Shown one piece after another: positions 55,348-64,000 of a stretch of DNA of 64,000 nt; within the stretch, counting starts at the first letter, position 1; the number at the start of each line of letters is the position of its first letter. The stretch is from Candidatus Binataceae bacterium. Lineage in GTDB: Bacteria > Desulfobacterota > Binatia > Binatales > Binataceae. Where the stretch lies: NCBI GenBank assembly GCA_035493515.1, contig DATJID010000070.1, forward strand, positions 27,264 to 91,263. Reading direction: 5' to 3'. Below the pieces are notes generated by a model. That model had not been told where the DNA came from and searched no databases. It saw only the letters and a program-made list of their open reading frames with translations. Made by a program: the position numbers and the translations under genes.

Positions 55348-56149
55348 GGAGTCCGAGAGCGCGCCCAATCGCGAAAATCGAGCGCAAACGCCAAACGGCA
55401 CCGCGCGCGGTGGAACGCTCGCGGAAATTCGCCTTGCCGCGGGCTTCCTGACCATCCTGCCGGTACTTCCGCGTGCCGACGTAGCACCCGAGACGCTCGC
55501 GGCGTCGTTCGGATGGTTCCCGCTCGTGGGGTTTGCGCTCGGCGCGTTGCTAGCGGCCGAGAAACTGTTGCTGACGCCACTTTTTGGCGACGCGCTCGCC
55601 GCGGTAGTGCTGGTGCTGACTTTGACCGTGCTGACCGGCGCAGTCCATCTCGACGGGCTTGCCGATAGCGCCGATGCGTTGGGTGCGGGCACGGATCGGC
55701 GCCGCGCGCTGGAGATCATGCGCGACAGCCGGATCGGCAGCTTTGGCACGGCCGCGATTTTCTTTTTTCTCGCGCTCGAAATCGTAGCGCTGGCGACGAT
55801 GGACGAAGCACGCCGCACCGCGGCGCTTTGGCTTGCCCCGGGGCTGGCCCGCTGGGCGATGGTGGCGGTTGGATGGCGCATCGACTATTTGCGCGCAGCG
55901 GGCGCAGGAACGTTGCTGGTTGCGCCCGGCGGCGATCGCAATCTCGTACTCGCCAGCGCGATTGCCGCGCTCGCCGCATTGCCAATATTCTCGTGGCGCG
56001 TGTTGTTGGTCTATGCTGCGGCAGCAGTGCTGGCAGCCCTGCTGCGCGCGGCGTACCGGCGATGGCTCGGCGGCGTGACGGGAGACCTTCTCGGTGCGGC
56101 GGGTGAACTGGTGGAAGTGGCGGTGCTGCTCGCGATCGCGGCTATTTAA
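55340..56149 (+). CDS. cobS: Adenosylcobinamide-GDP ribazoletransferase (cobalamin synthase)
   Basis: FLTILPV...HLDGLADSADAL...GVTGDLLGA motifs. Overlaps the cobT stop. Confidence 0.88.
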   Translation: MAEESESAPNRENRAQTPNGTARGGTLAEIRLAAGFLTILPVLPRADVAPETLAASFGWFPLVGFALGALLAAEKLLLTPLFGDALAAVVLVLTLTVLTGAVHLDGLADSADALGAGTDRRRALEIMRDSRIGSFGTAAIFFFLALEIVALATMDEARRTAALWLAPGLARWAMVAVGWRIDYLRAAGAGTLLVAPGGDRNLVLASAIAALAALPIFSWRVLLVYAAAAVLAALLRAAYRRWLGGVTGDLLGAAGELVEVAVLLAIAAI

Positions 56150-56663
56150 CCCGCATCGGGTAGCCCGCGACCATCAGCAACACGTGTTCGGCGGTCTGTG
56201 CGAGCGCCTGGTTAGTCCATCCCAGGAGGTCACGGAAGCGACGCGCCATCGCGTTGTCCGGCACGATTCCCGCTCCCACCTCATCAGTCACCACGAAGCT
56301 GGCAAATGGCGCGGCGGCCATCACGCCGGCAAGGCCACGAGCCTCGGCCAGAATCTCTTCATCGCTGCGCTGGGCCATCAGCAGATTCGAAATCCAAAGC
56401 GTCAGGCAATCGACGACCATGACATCGGCGCGGCCCGCCAGCGCTGAGAGCGCGGCGGCGATAGCGATCGGTTCTTCGACCGTCACAAAGTCGGCGGAGC
56501 GATTGGCGCGATGATGCGCGATCCGTTCGCGCATCTCATCGTCGAGCGCTTCAGCCGTGGCGACAAAGAAGCGCCGCGCGCCCGGCGCCTGCAGTGCCAG
56601 TGCGAGCGCGTGGGCGCTTTTACCGCTGCGCGCTCCTCCGGTTATCAGCGTTACGGTACCCAT
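56142..56663 (-). CDS. cobU: Bifunctional adenosylcobinamide kinase / cobinamide-phosphate guanylyltransferase
   Basis: VTLITGGARSGKSAHAL P-loop plus ATAEALDDEMRERIAHHRANR. Convergent with cobS, with 8 nt of overlap. Confidence 0.88.
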   Translation of the reverse strand: MGTVTLITGGARSGKSAHALALALQAPGARRFFVATAEALDDEMRERIAHHRANRSADFVTVEEPIAIAAALSALAGRADVMVVDCLTLWISNLLMAQRSDEEILAEARGLAGVMAAAPFASFVVTDEVGAGIVPDNAMARRFRDLLGWTNQALAQTAEHVLLMVAGYPMRVK

Positions 56664-56729
56664 CCGGCGTTCCTGTCCGCTTGTTTCGCGGCCCGACGAT
56701 TGACTTGTCTGGCGTGAAAATCATATCAG

Positions 56730-56880
56730 TCTTGTGCACTCGGTGTACGGGAAGCCGGTTAAAGTCCGGCGCTGCCCCGCAACTGTATGGGGGGACAACG
56801 GCCCATCCAAGCCACCGCTAACGAGCGGGAAGGCGGGCCCGCGGATGATCCCCAAGCCAGGAGACCGGCCGAGTGACTAT
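56730..56880 (+). promoter_or_regulatory. Cobalamin (B12) riboswitch
   Basis: GGGAAGCCGGTTAAAGTCCGGCGCTGCCCCGCAACTGTA core and B12 box AAGCCAGGAGACCGGCC (56854-56870). P1 pairing is CACTCGG/CCGAGTG. The downstream leader contains CCCTC, complementary to the RBS GAGGGAGG just before ATG 57002. Confidence 0.88.
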
Positions 56881-57001
56881 TAAGCCGTCTGCCTTCCGTG
56901 GGGAAGGAGGCTTAGGCTACTCGCCACTTCCCTCTCTGGGAGCCTGCCCGAGCGCCTGAGTCGGTCGACCCGCGAGGCCGACGCATAGCTCGAGGGAGGC
57001 T

Positions 57002-59047
57002 ATGAAAAAATCGGTTGCGGTTGTTTCCGTTCTGACATTTTTTCTTTTCGTTGAATGGCCAATCGCCTCGCGCGGCGCGCACGCCCAAACCATGTCCCAA
57101 CCGGCCGCGACGGGAGCCGCGCAGGTCAGAGCTAACGCGCAGGCTAAACCCAAAAAAACCACAACTGCCGCCAAGTCCCATCGCAAGCTGCCGAAGATGG
57201 TCTTTGTGGTCACGGCGACGCGGATGGAGCAGCCGCTCGATACGGTCGGCACCACGGTGAGCGTGGTCGAGTCACATCAGATTCAGGAGCAGCATATCCA
57301 TGCCGCAGGCGAGGTTTTGCGCCAGGTGCCCGGTGTCTTGGTCGAGCAAAGCGGATCGGCGGGCACGCAGACCGACGTCTCCATTCGTGGCTCGACCGCG
57401 GCCCAGACGCTAATCCTCATGGATGGCGTTAACGTCGACAGCGGTGCGACCGGTGGCTTCGACATGGCCGGCGTGACCAGCGACGATCTCGACCGAATCG
57501 AGGTGGTGCGCGGCGCAGGCGGCGCGCTTTACGGTTCGTCGGCCATCGGGGGTGTCGTCAACCTCATCACTCGCGAAGGCAGCGGTCCGCTCAAGCTCAG
57601 CTACGATGGCGAGGGCGGGAATCGCGCCACCCAGCGCCAATCGTTGGTGTTCGACGGCGCCAAGGGCCGGCTCGCCTACTCGGGCGCGTTGTCCTATTTT
57701 TCGACCACCGCGTTTCGTCCGCGCAACGCGAGCTTCGACAATCTGTCGGGCGTCGCACGCGTGGACTATCATCTCACTCCCGATACCAAATTCACCGGCT
57801 TCGCGCGTTACATCCGCTCCAACGTGAGCCTGGTCAACTTTTCCAACTTTATTACGCCGGTCGACCCGAACGCCCATCAACGTAACGAGTTCATGCTTTA
57901 CAACGGCGTCGTCACGCATCAGTTCAGCGACCGGCTGGACGGACGACTGAGCGCCTTCTTCGTGCGCAACGATCTCCGCATCAACGACACGCCGTTCCCA
58001 GCCAATCTCACCGCCCAGCGCGACCGCGTTCCGGACGAGACTCGCGGCACCAACATGGAATTGCACTACAAATGGGGCGAGGGCATTCGCTCTCTGGCCG
58101 GGTTCGATTTCAAGGACCGATGGGTGCGCTCGGCGGATCTGTTCGAGACCATCGACCCACCCGCGCAATTTTTCACCAGCTTCGACGCGCGCCGTCAGGA
58201 GTACGCCGGCTACCTCGAGCAGGAGTGGCGGTTGTTTAAGGGCCTGATGCTACTGACCGGCGGAGTTCGGGTCGACGGTAACAGCGATTTTGGCATCGAG
58301 GTGAGCCCATCATGGACGGTCGCGATACCGCTTGAGCAGTGGGGCCTGACGTTGCGCGGCAGCTACAGCGAAGGCTTTCGTGCGCCGAGCTTCAACGAGC
58401 TGTTTTTTCCCGATTTCGGCAATCCGAAGCTTAACCCCGAGATCTCCAGCGAATACGACGGCGGCATCACCAAGACCTTCGGTGAGACGGCGTCGTTTAC
58501 CGCCACTTACTTTTCGCGCCGCGTGCACAGCCTGATCGTGGCCGAGCCCTGTACGGCCTTTCCGGGATGTGTCGAGGCGGCCAACGCCGGCCGGGTCGAT
58601 ACCCAGGGCGTCGAACTGGTACCGGCGGTCCAGTTGATGCGCGGGCTTGCGTTCAGCGGCAACCTGACCGTGATCGACGAAACTCACATCTCATCGTCGC
58701 CCGAAATCCGGCCGTTGCGCGTACCCAAGTATGCTGCCTTCGCGCTCCTGACGTACGCGCACAAGTCGCTTTGGAAAATGGACGACGCGGTTTCGGCCAA
58801 CCTCGCCTACTACTTCGTCGGCGACCGCGACGACATCGACCAGACTACCGCGACGATTCAGAACAATGCCGCCTACAATCGGTTCGACCTGACGGTGGCC
58901 TACGACGCGGGGATTCGCTACGGACGGATTCGCGGCGAAGAGGTTTACGTGCGGGTGCAGAACTTGCTCGACCGCCATTACAACGAGGTGATTGGATTTC
59001 CCTCGCCGCAGGTCAACTTCGTCGCCGGGGTCAAAGTGGATTTCTAG
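57002..59047 (+). CDS. btuB: TonB-dependent outer-membrane receptor, BtuB-like corrinoid transporter
   Basis: Signal peptide, TonB-box-like MVFVVTATR, plug domain (DVSIRGS...LILMDGV), a beta-barrel with terminal ...GVKVDF, and a B12 riboswitch immediately upstream. Confidence 0.85.
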   Translation: MKKSVAVVSVLTFFLFVEWPIASRGAHAQTMSQPAATGAAQVRANAQAKPKKTTTAAKSHRKLPKMVFVVTATRMEQPLDTVGTTVSVVESHQIQEQHIHAAGEVLRQVPGVLVEQSGSAGTQTDVSIRGSTAAQTLILMDGVNVDSGATGGFDMAGVTSDDLDRIEVVRGAGGALYGSSAIGGVVNLITREGSGPLKLSYDGEGGNRATQRQSLVFDGAKGRLAYSGALSYFSTTAFRPRNASFDNLSGVARVDYHLTPDTKFTGFARYIRSNVSLVNFSNFITPVDPNAHQRNEFMLYNGVVTHQFSDRLDGRLSAFFVRNDLRINDTPFPANLTAQRDRVPDETRGTNMELHYKWGEGIRSLAGFDFKDRWVRSADLFETIDPPAQFFTSFDARRQEYAGYLEQEWRLFKGLMLLTGGVRVDGNSDFGIEVSPSWTVAIPLEQWGLTLRGSYSEGFRAPSFNELFFPDFGNPKLNPEISSEYDGGITKTFGETASFTATYFSRRVHSLIVAEPCTAFPGCVEAANAGRVDTQGVELVPAVQLMRGLAFSGNLTVIDETHISSSPEIRPLRVPKYAAFALLTYAHKSLWKMDDAVSANLAYYFVGDRDDIDQTTATIQNNAAYNRFDLTVAYDAGIRYGRIRGEEVYVRVQNLLDRHYNEVIGFPSPQVNFVAGVKVDF

Positions 59048-59060
59048 GACCTGTGCGCGC

Positions 59061-62030
59061 TCACCCGTCACGCGACATTTCGATACGGAAGCATTCATCG
59101 AAGGTCCCGCGAATACGGGAGCGGCAGACGTTGACCTCGGCCAGCAGGCGAGCCGCGCCGTCGGTGTCGCGATAGCCCATCCGGCGCGCCAACGGACCCA
59201 GGCTCTCGGGCCCGGTGGAGAGCGCCCAGGCGGCCTGGTCGGTTTCGATGCGCAACCGATTTTCCAGCCGCGACAGGAACCGATAATCGCTTTCCAATTG
59301 CGCGGCTGCGCCGGGCTCGAGCAATCCGCACTGTCCAATCCCGCGCACCAGCGCGACGGTCGCCCGGCTGGTCAGTTCCGGATGCGCGTGGCCATAACGC
59401 AGCGCCATCATCTGGGTCAGGAATTCGACATCGAGCAGGCCGCCGCGGCCCTGTTTGATGTTGAGCCGGCCGCGTTCGTCGCCGCCAAGCTCACGCTCGA
59501 TACGCAGACGCATGGCCGCAATCTCGGCGACCTCCTCGCGGCGCAGGCCGCGGCCGAAGACGAATTCGCGGCGCGCCGCTTCTACCTCCGCGGCCAGTGA
59601 GGACTCGCCCGCGATGACGCGTGCCCGCACCAGTGCCTGGCGCTCCCATACGGCTGAAGAGCTGGTGCGATGGTAGTCGCGAAAACCGTCGAGCGAGGCC
59701 ACCAGCGGCCCCGCGTTGCCCGAGGGGCGAAGCCGCAGATCGATCTTGTACGCGTAACCCTCACGCGTGCGCGCTTCGAGCCCAACGATGAATTTCTGCA
59801 CAATCCTGGAGGCGGCCACGCGGCTATCCCCGGCCACTTCGCCCCGGTCGTGGTAGACAAAAATGAGATCGAGGTCCGAGTTATAGGACATCTCGGCCGC
59901 GCCCAAACGGCCCATCGCCAGCGCCACCAGCTCCAGCGACGGCGGAATCGGGATGCGCGTGGCGATGTCGGCCCGTGCCAGCTCCAGCGCGCGGCGCAGC
60001 ACGACCTCGGCAAGCAGACTAAGCTCCGAATGTACCGCATCGGCGTCGAGGTCGCCCGCAAGATCGGCGATCGCGATTCGCAGAAACTCCTGGTGGCGGA
60101 AAGCGCGAATCGCGTCGAGCCGGCTTTCCAGGTCCGGACTCGCCACGATCAGCGCGAGTAGTTCCTCGTCGAGATCGGCCAGTGAGCGCCGCGGCCGCGC
60201 CAGGTCGGAGCGCACCAGGGTATCGATCATGTCGGGATGGCGAATGAAAATCGTCGAAAGATATGCGCTGGAAGCGAACAGGCTCAGCATCACCCGACGG
60301 GTTGCGGGATGCTGTTCGAGCAATTCGAGAAAAGAGGTATGCGCACCGATCGCCGTTATGAATGAGGCGAGGTTCATCAGCGCGAGATCGGGGTCGGCGA
60401 GCTCCCGAATCTCGTCGAGCAGCAGTGGGCCGAGACGTTCCAGCAGCTCGCGCCGGCGCGGCGCAACCGCCGCGATCGCGTGTTCGGGACCGCGCGCCAG
60501 GGACCGCAGATGTCCCGCGCTCTCCTGCGGCCGCGCGAAGCCGAGCGCCTGCAGTATCAGTCCGGACTGGCGCGGATCGAGCGCTGCGCGCCACGCGTGT
60601 TCGGCGCCGTCGGAGGCCGCACGGCCGCCGCGATCCTCGGCGGCGCCCAGCATCTCGCGAAACTGCGCTGCGACCAGCGCACGATGGCTTATGATTTCGG
60701 CCTCGAAGCGAGCGTTCGCCGCCGCGCCCTTGCCGCGACGCATCCGCGCCGTCAGCGCCCGTCGTCCCGCGTCGCCAGCGGGCAACACGTGAGTCTGCAG
60801 CGCGGCGACGACTTGCAGCTTGTGTTCGACGTCGCGCAAGAAGAGGTAGGCGGCCGCGAGTTCGCTCGCACGGCCGGGATTGAGGTAGCCCAATGCGCCG
60901 AGACGCTCGAGCGCCGCGAGCGTGCGGGCGGTGCGCAGGCGCGGATCGCGCCCGCCATATACCAGGATGAGCGCCTGCACGATAAATTCCAGTTCGCGAA
61001 TTCCGCCGTAACCGAGCTTGATGTTGCGGGCGACCAGGTCGGGCGAGCGCAGCTCGCGCTCGATCTGAAGTTTCATCGCGCGCAACTGGCGCAGCGTGTC
61101 GAAGTCGAGGTAGCGGCGATAGACGAAGTGGCTGAGTTCGCCGAGCAGGCGTTCGCCGACCTCGAGCACGCCGGCTACCGCACGCGCGCGGAGCAGCGCG
61201 GCCCGTTCCCAGGTCTCGCCGAAGCTCTGGTAGAAGCCGAGCGCGCCCTCAAACGGAGCCACCAGCGGCGCGTTTCTGCCGCCTGGACGCAATCGCATGT
61301 CCACCCGAAAACATCCCGGCGACAGAAGTTCGGTCAGCGTTTCGCCCAGGCGCGCCACCGCTTCGGCGTCGGTATCCGGCCCGTCGAAGACGTAAATCAA
61401 ATCGATATCCGAGCTGAGGTTGAGTTCCTGCGCGCCGAGCTTGCCCAGTCCAAGTACGCAGAACCCTTCGGCCGCGGGCGCCTTACGCCCCACGATGAGC
61501 CGCGCGCACTCGAGCGCCGCGGCGATACATTCGTCTGCAAGCCGCGACATCGCGCCCATTGTCGCCGCTACGTCGAGCCGGCCGATCAGGTCGGCAATCG
61601 CAATTTGCAGAAACAGGCGCTGTTTAAATTCGCCGAGCCGGCGCGCGGCTTCCGTCCGGTCCGCGCTAGGGCCGGCGCTGAAGCGGATGGCGTTATCGAT
61701 CGATTCGGCGTTTGCCCCCCGGGCGGTGCGGAAGAATTCGAGCCACCGCGAACCCATCGCGCCGAGCCCTTGCGCGACGATTTCGGAGCCGCCGACGCAG
61801 AGCGCGAGATCGCCCGCAAGCGCTTCATCGGCCAGCGCCGCTCCAAGCTCTCGCGGCGATTCCTCGCCGAGCTTGAGCAGGGTCGCCAGCGCCAGCCGCT
61901 CGTCGGGGGCGCGATCGGCCACCGCCGCCGTGGCGGTGGCGGCAAGGCGCGGATCGCCGAGCAGGCGCGCAAGCTGCGCCGCCAGATCGCGAAGCTCAGG
62001 CGCGAGCACCATCGTTTCCGGCATCGACAA
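59061..62030 (-). CDS. glnE: Bifunctional glutamine synthetase adenylyltransferase/adenylyl-removing enzyme
   Basis: 989 codons with two nucleotidyltransferase modules (LGKLGAQELNLSSDIDLIYV and MGRLGAAEMSYNSDLDLIFV) and GlnE-type C-terminal domains. Confidence 0.92.
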   Translation of the reverse strand: MSMPETMVLAPELRDLAAQLARLLGDPRLAATATAAVADRAPDERLALATLLKLGEESPRELGAALADEALAGDLALCVGGSEIVAQGLGAMGSRWLEFFRTARGANAESIDNAIRFSAGPSADRTEAARRLGEFKQRLFLQIAIADLIGRLDVAATMGAMSRLADECIAAALECARLIVGRKAPAAEGFCVLGLGKLGAQELNLSSDIDLIYVFDGPDTDAEAVARLGETLTELLSPGCFRVDMRLRPGGRNAPLVAPFEGALGFYQSFGETWERAALLRARAVAGVLEVGERLLGELSHFVYRRYLDFDTLRQLRAMKLQIERELRSPDLVARNIKLGYGGIRELEFIVQALILVYGGRDPRLRTARTLAALERLGALGYLNPGRASELAAAYLFLRDVEHKLQVVAALQTHVLPAGDAGRRALTARMRRGKGAAANARFEAEIISHRALVAAQFREMLGAAEDRGGRAASDGAEHAWRAALDPRQSGLILQALGFARPQESAGHLRSLARGPEHAIAAVAPRRRELLERLGPLLLDEIRELADPDLALMNLASFITAIGAHTSFLELLEQHPATRRVMLSLFASSAYLSTIFIRHPDMIDTLVRSDLARPRRSLADLDEELLALIVASPDLESRLDAIRAFRHQEFLRIAIADLAGDLDADAVHSELSLLAEVVLRRALELARADIATRIPIPPSLELVALAMGRLGAAEMSYNSDLDLIFVYHDRGEVAGDSRVAASRIVQKFIVGLEARTREGYAYKIDLRLRPSGNAGPLVASLDGFRDYHRTSSSAVWERQALVRARVIAGESSLAAEVEAARREFVFGRGLRREEVAEIAAMRLRIERELGGDERGRLNIKQGRGGLLDVEFLTQMMALRYGHAHPELTSRATVALVRGIGQCGLLEPGAAAQLESDYRFLSRLENRLRIETDQAAWALSTGPESLGPLARRMGYRDTDGAARLLAEVNVCRSRIRGTFDECFRIEMSRDG

Positions 62031-62188
62031 TCACAATAGCAGAGCGGCGCCGGAGCGCGCGCGATGGCCAGCCCACGATGGCCAGCCGTGGTTCGACTGA
62101 CCGCCCCCCTTTCGCCGCCTGCGGGGCGATGGCAGCCCGGATTGAGGCGATGCTAGACTTCGGTAGAATCCGCCGGGAGGTTCTTCCG

Positions 62189-62863
62189 ATGATCGTTTTG
62201 TATACAACCGAGCGTGATTATCCGTGGGGTACGCTTCGCTCCACGCATGCGAGTAAGAGCAAGGTAGTGCTCGAGGAAAAGCGCATCCGCTACCGAATTG
62301 AAAATCTGCGCCCCGGCGACCTCTGGAAAAAACCGCCCGCGATGCTGGCGCACCATCCGCTCGGCAAGGTTCCGTATATCGAAGACGAGGGCGTGACCGT
62401 CTTCGACTCGACCGTGATCGATGAATATCTCGACGACCGTTACGGGCCGCCCCGCCTGCTGCCCGACGAGCCGTTGGCGCGCGCGCAAGTGCGTGAGTTC
62501 GAGCAATTTGCCGACGAGGCGCTGCTGGGCGGAAACCTGCCGCTCATCTGGATGGCCTATTGGAGCGATCCCGACAAGCGCGACGTCGAGCGCATGGAGA
62601 AAGGGCGCGAGGGACTGCGCCAGCGCGATCTGCCGTTTATCGAAAAGGTGCTCGGCGCAGCGCCGTCTGGCGGCAGTCTGCGCGGCGGCTTTTCGATGGC
62701 GGACGTGCCCATGATGGTGCTGGCGATGGTGCTCGAAGTAGACCAGTTAGCACTGGATGAATTTCCCCGGGTCGAGCGTTACCTCAGAGAATTGCGCCTG
62801 CGGCCGAGCTATCGCGCGATAAGTCCACGCACCAGGGTCGCGGAGGCGAGCGAGTTGCGCTGA
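62189..62863 (+). CDS. Glutathione S-transferase family protein
   Basis: ATG 62189 follows GGGAGG. N-domain ...HHPLGKVPYIEDEGVTVFDSTVIDEYLDDRY and a helical C-domain. Confidence 0.75.
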   Translation: MIVLYTTERDYPWGTLRSTHASKSKVVLEEKRIRYRIENLRPGDLWKKPPAMLAHHPLGKVPYIEDEGVTVFDSTVIDEYLDDRYGPPRLLPDEPLARAQVREFEQFADEALLGGNLPLIWMAYWSDPDKRDVERMEKGREGLRQRDLPFIEKVLGAAPSGGSLRGGFSMADVPMMVLAMVLEVDQLALDEFPRVERYLRELRLRPSYRAISPRTRVAEASELR

Positions 62864-62881
62864 GCGCGCGTCGCCGCCGCG

Positions 62882-64000
62882 TCAGGAGTCGTTGCGGCTG
62901 GGTGAGTCGGCCGCTGCGTCGCGATTATGTGCGTCGCCCGATGCATGGCTACTATGCCTGGCGGCTGCCGCGTGACGGTGATGGGTGGCGGTCGATGCGT
63001 CGCGGCGATGCGTGGCGGATACCTGTTTAATATGGGCGTGATGATGGCGCGAGCGGAAGCGATGGATGATGCGCCGGACCCGCAGAATTGGAGATGAGGC
63101 CGGCGGCGGCGGCGCTTCTTCACTTTGGATTCCGGGAAAGTACTTGTCCTCGTAGCGATGGACCTGGTCGGCGGCCAGGAATTCGGCATAATAATTCTTG
63201 ACCGCAAATCCGAAATGCGCGCCGTTATAGTTCTGTAAGATTTTCATGTAGTCGCTGCCGCACTCAGCGGCTGCGCGTTCCATCCCTCCCGTTCCATAAT
63301 TGTAGGCGGTGATGGCGAGCGGCCAGCTTCCCAGCGCCTGATAATTCGATTGCAACAGCTCCGCCGCGGCCTCGGTGGAACGCACCGGGTCGAGCCGATC
63401 GTCGCGGTAGCGGGTGATCTTCAGGAACTCGCGGCCGGTGGAACGGGTGAATTGCCAAATCCCCAAGGCGCCGGCGCTCGAGCGTACGCGCGCCGAGAAG
63501 CCCGACTCGACCGAAGCGAGCGCCACCAGATCGCGCGGCAACCCCGCCCTCACGAACACCTGCTCCATCCTCGGCCGGTAATAGCGGCTACGCAGGAGCG
63601 AATCATGGAATTGCTCGCTCAAACCCTGCTGCACGCGTAAATTCTGCGCCGCGCGCGCATAGGCCGATACTGGTTGCCCCTTGAACATCGCCGCGACTCG
63701 CTGTTCTTCCCATCCGATCGCCTGCTGTCCCGTGGCGAGCCGGTTCAGGATGTCGCCGTACTTGGCCTTCAGGTAGGCGTTGGCCCACTCGACCTCTTCG
63801 CCGGTCGGAGCGCCGTCGCCCGGAACATGAAATTTCTGGTAGATCAGCGAAACGTTGTCGCGATCGTGGACGACGAAATCGCGCTCGCTCCAGTAAGTGA
63901 AAGCCTTGATCCAGAAATTTATGCTGGGCTCAAGCGCCGCGGGACGCGGAAAGGGCGATGCATCGGTGTTGACATGTGCGACCGCAACTTCTTCGGCCGC
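62882..64000 (-). CDS. MltD-like membrane-bound lytic murein transglycosylase (5' end beyond window) with His/Arg-rich C-terminal tail
   Basis: The frame is open to the window edge (…INFWIKAFTYWSERDFVVHD…), so the M-start at 63688 in the track is internal. SLT catalytic region LVALASVESGFSARVRSSAGALGIWQF and AYNYG. The C-terminal about 85 aa are low-complexity and H/R/A-rich. Confidence 0.8.
   Translation of the reverse strand, partial: AAEEVAVAHVNTDASPFPRPAALEPSINFWIKAFTYWSERDFVVHDRDNVSLIYQKFHVPGDGAPTGEEVEWANAYLKAKYGDILNRLATGQQAIGWEEQRVAAMFKGQPVSAYARAAQNLRVQQGLSEQFHDSLLRSRYYRPRMEQVFVRAGLPRDLVALASVESGFSARVRSSAGALGIWQFTRSTGREFLKITRYRDDRLDPVRSTEAAAELLQSNYQALGSWPLAITAYNYGTGGMERAAAECGSDYMKILQNYNGAHFGFAVKNYYAEFLAADQVHRYEDKYFPGIQSEEAPPPPASSPILRVRRIIHRFRSRHHHAHIKQVSATHRRDASTATHHRHAAAARHSSHASGDAHNRDAAADSPSRNDS

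Noticed and set aside
60480-62039. 519-aa ORF on the plus strand
   Set aside because: It is antisense to glnE, which has duplicated nucleotidyltransferase motifs on the minus strand. The composition is Arg/Ala-rich and no domain is recognisable.

Overview
High-GC chromosomal segment from a bacterium with a Gram-negative-type envelope (AsmA, a TonB-dependent receptor and an MltD-like transglycosylase are present). In my spot counts, most 60-nt lines are about 65-78% GC. All family calls come from reading the translations by eye; no searches were run.

Layout:
- About 5.7-15.9 kb is the classic origin-proximal block, split here into two divergent operons. parB<parA<rsmG<mnmG<mnmE lie on the minus strand, with two parS sites at the 5' end of rsmG. 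rpmH>rnpA>yidD>yidC>jag lie on the plus strand. rpmH is missing from the ORF track and was found by hand. dnaA is not in the window.
- The left flank holds an ArgA-like acetyltransferase, a GT39/ArnT-like membrane glycosyltransferase, an HD-domain protein, and a TetR plus di-iron (ferritin-like) gene pair.
- 16-33 kb holds an unusual secreted Trp-rich repeat protein, 7Fe ferredoxin, a VOC protein, a phosphoesterase gene remnant, an orphan GAF histidine kinase, fumC, a MaoC dehydratase, a prokaryotic pentameric ligand-gated ion channel, a Tat-exported FAD/BBE oxidase, an acyl-CoA carboxyltransferase, mutS2, asmA and a small Smr protein.
- 33.3-41.4 kb is visibly lower in GC (about 48-58% per line) and carries damaged genes. 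These are a about 1100-aa FAD/Fe-S oxidase interrupted by one in-frame TAG, an SDR, a 5' fragment of a TPP enzyme butted against a 3' fragment of an enolase-superfamily gene, and an arylsulfatase.
- 41.4-51.4 kb is a metabolic and redox cluster: CoA-transferase A and B subunits with a membrane protein between them, a secreted polyproline protein, SDRs, D-aminoacylase, an LLM oxidoreductase, GST, and Tpx. It also contains a GrdB-like gene with an in-frame TGA followed by a SECIS-like hairpin, which is a probable selenoprotein.
- 51.4-59 kb is a corrinoid salvage and nucleotide-loop cluster (cbiZ-cbiB-cobD-cobT-cobS, convergent cobU) followed by a cobalamin riboswitch and a btuB-like receptor.
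- The right end holds glnE, a second GST and a partial MltD-like lytic transglycosylase.

No rRNA, tRNA, CRISPR array, transposase or integrase was seen. Many long ORFs in the track are antisense or off-frame shadows typical of high-GC DNA and were rejected.

The observations most worth follow-up are the Trp-rich repeat protein (16039-17625) and the candidate selenoprotein (49956-50816).
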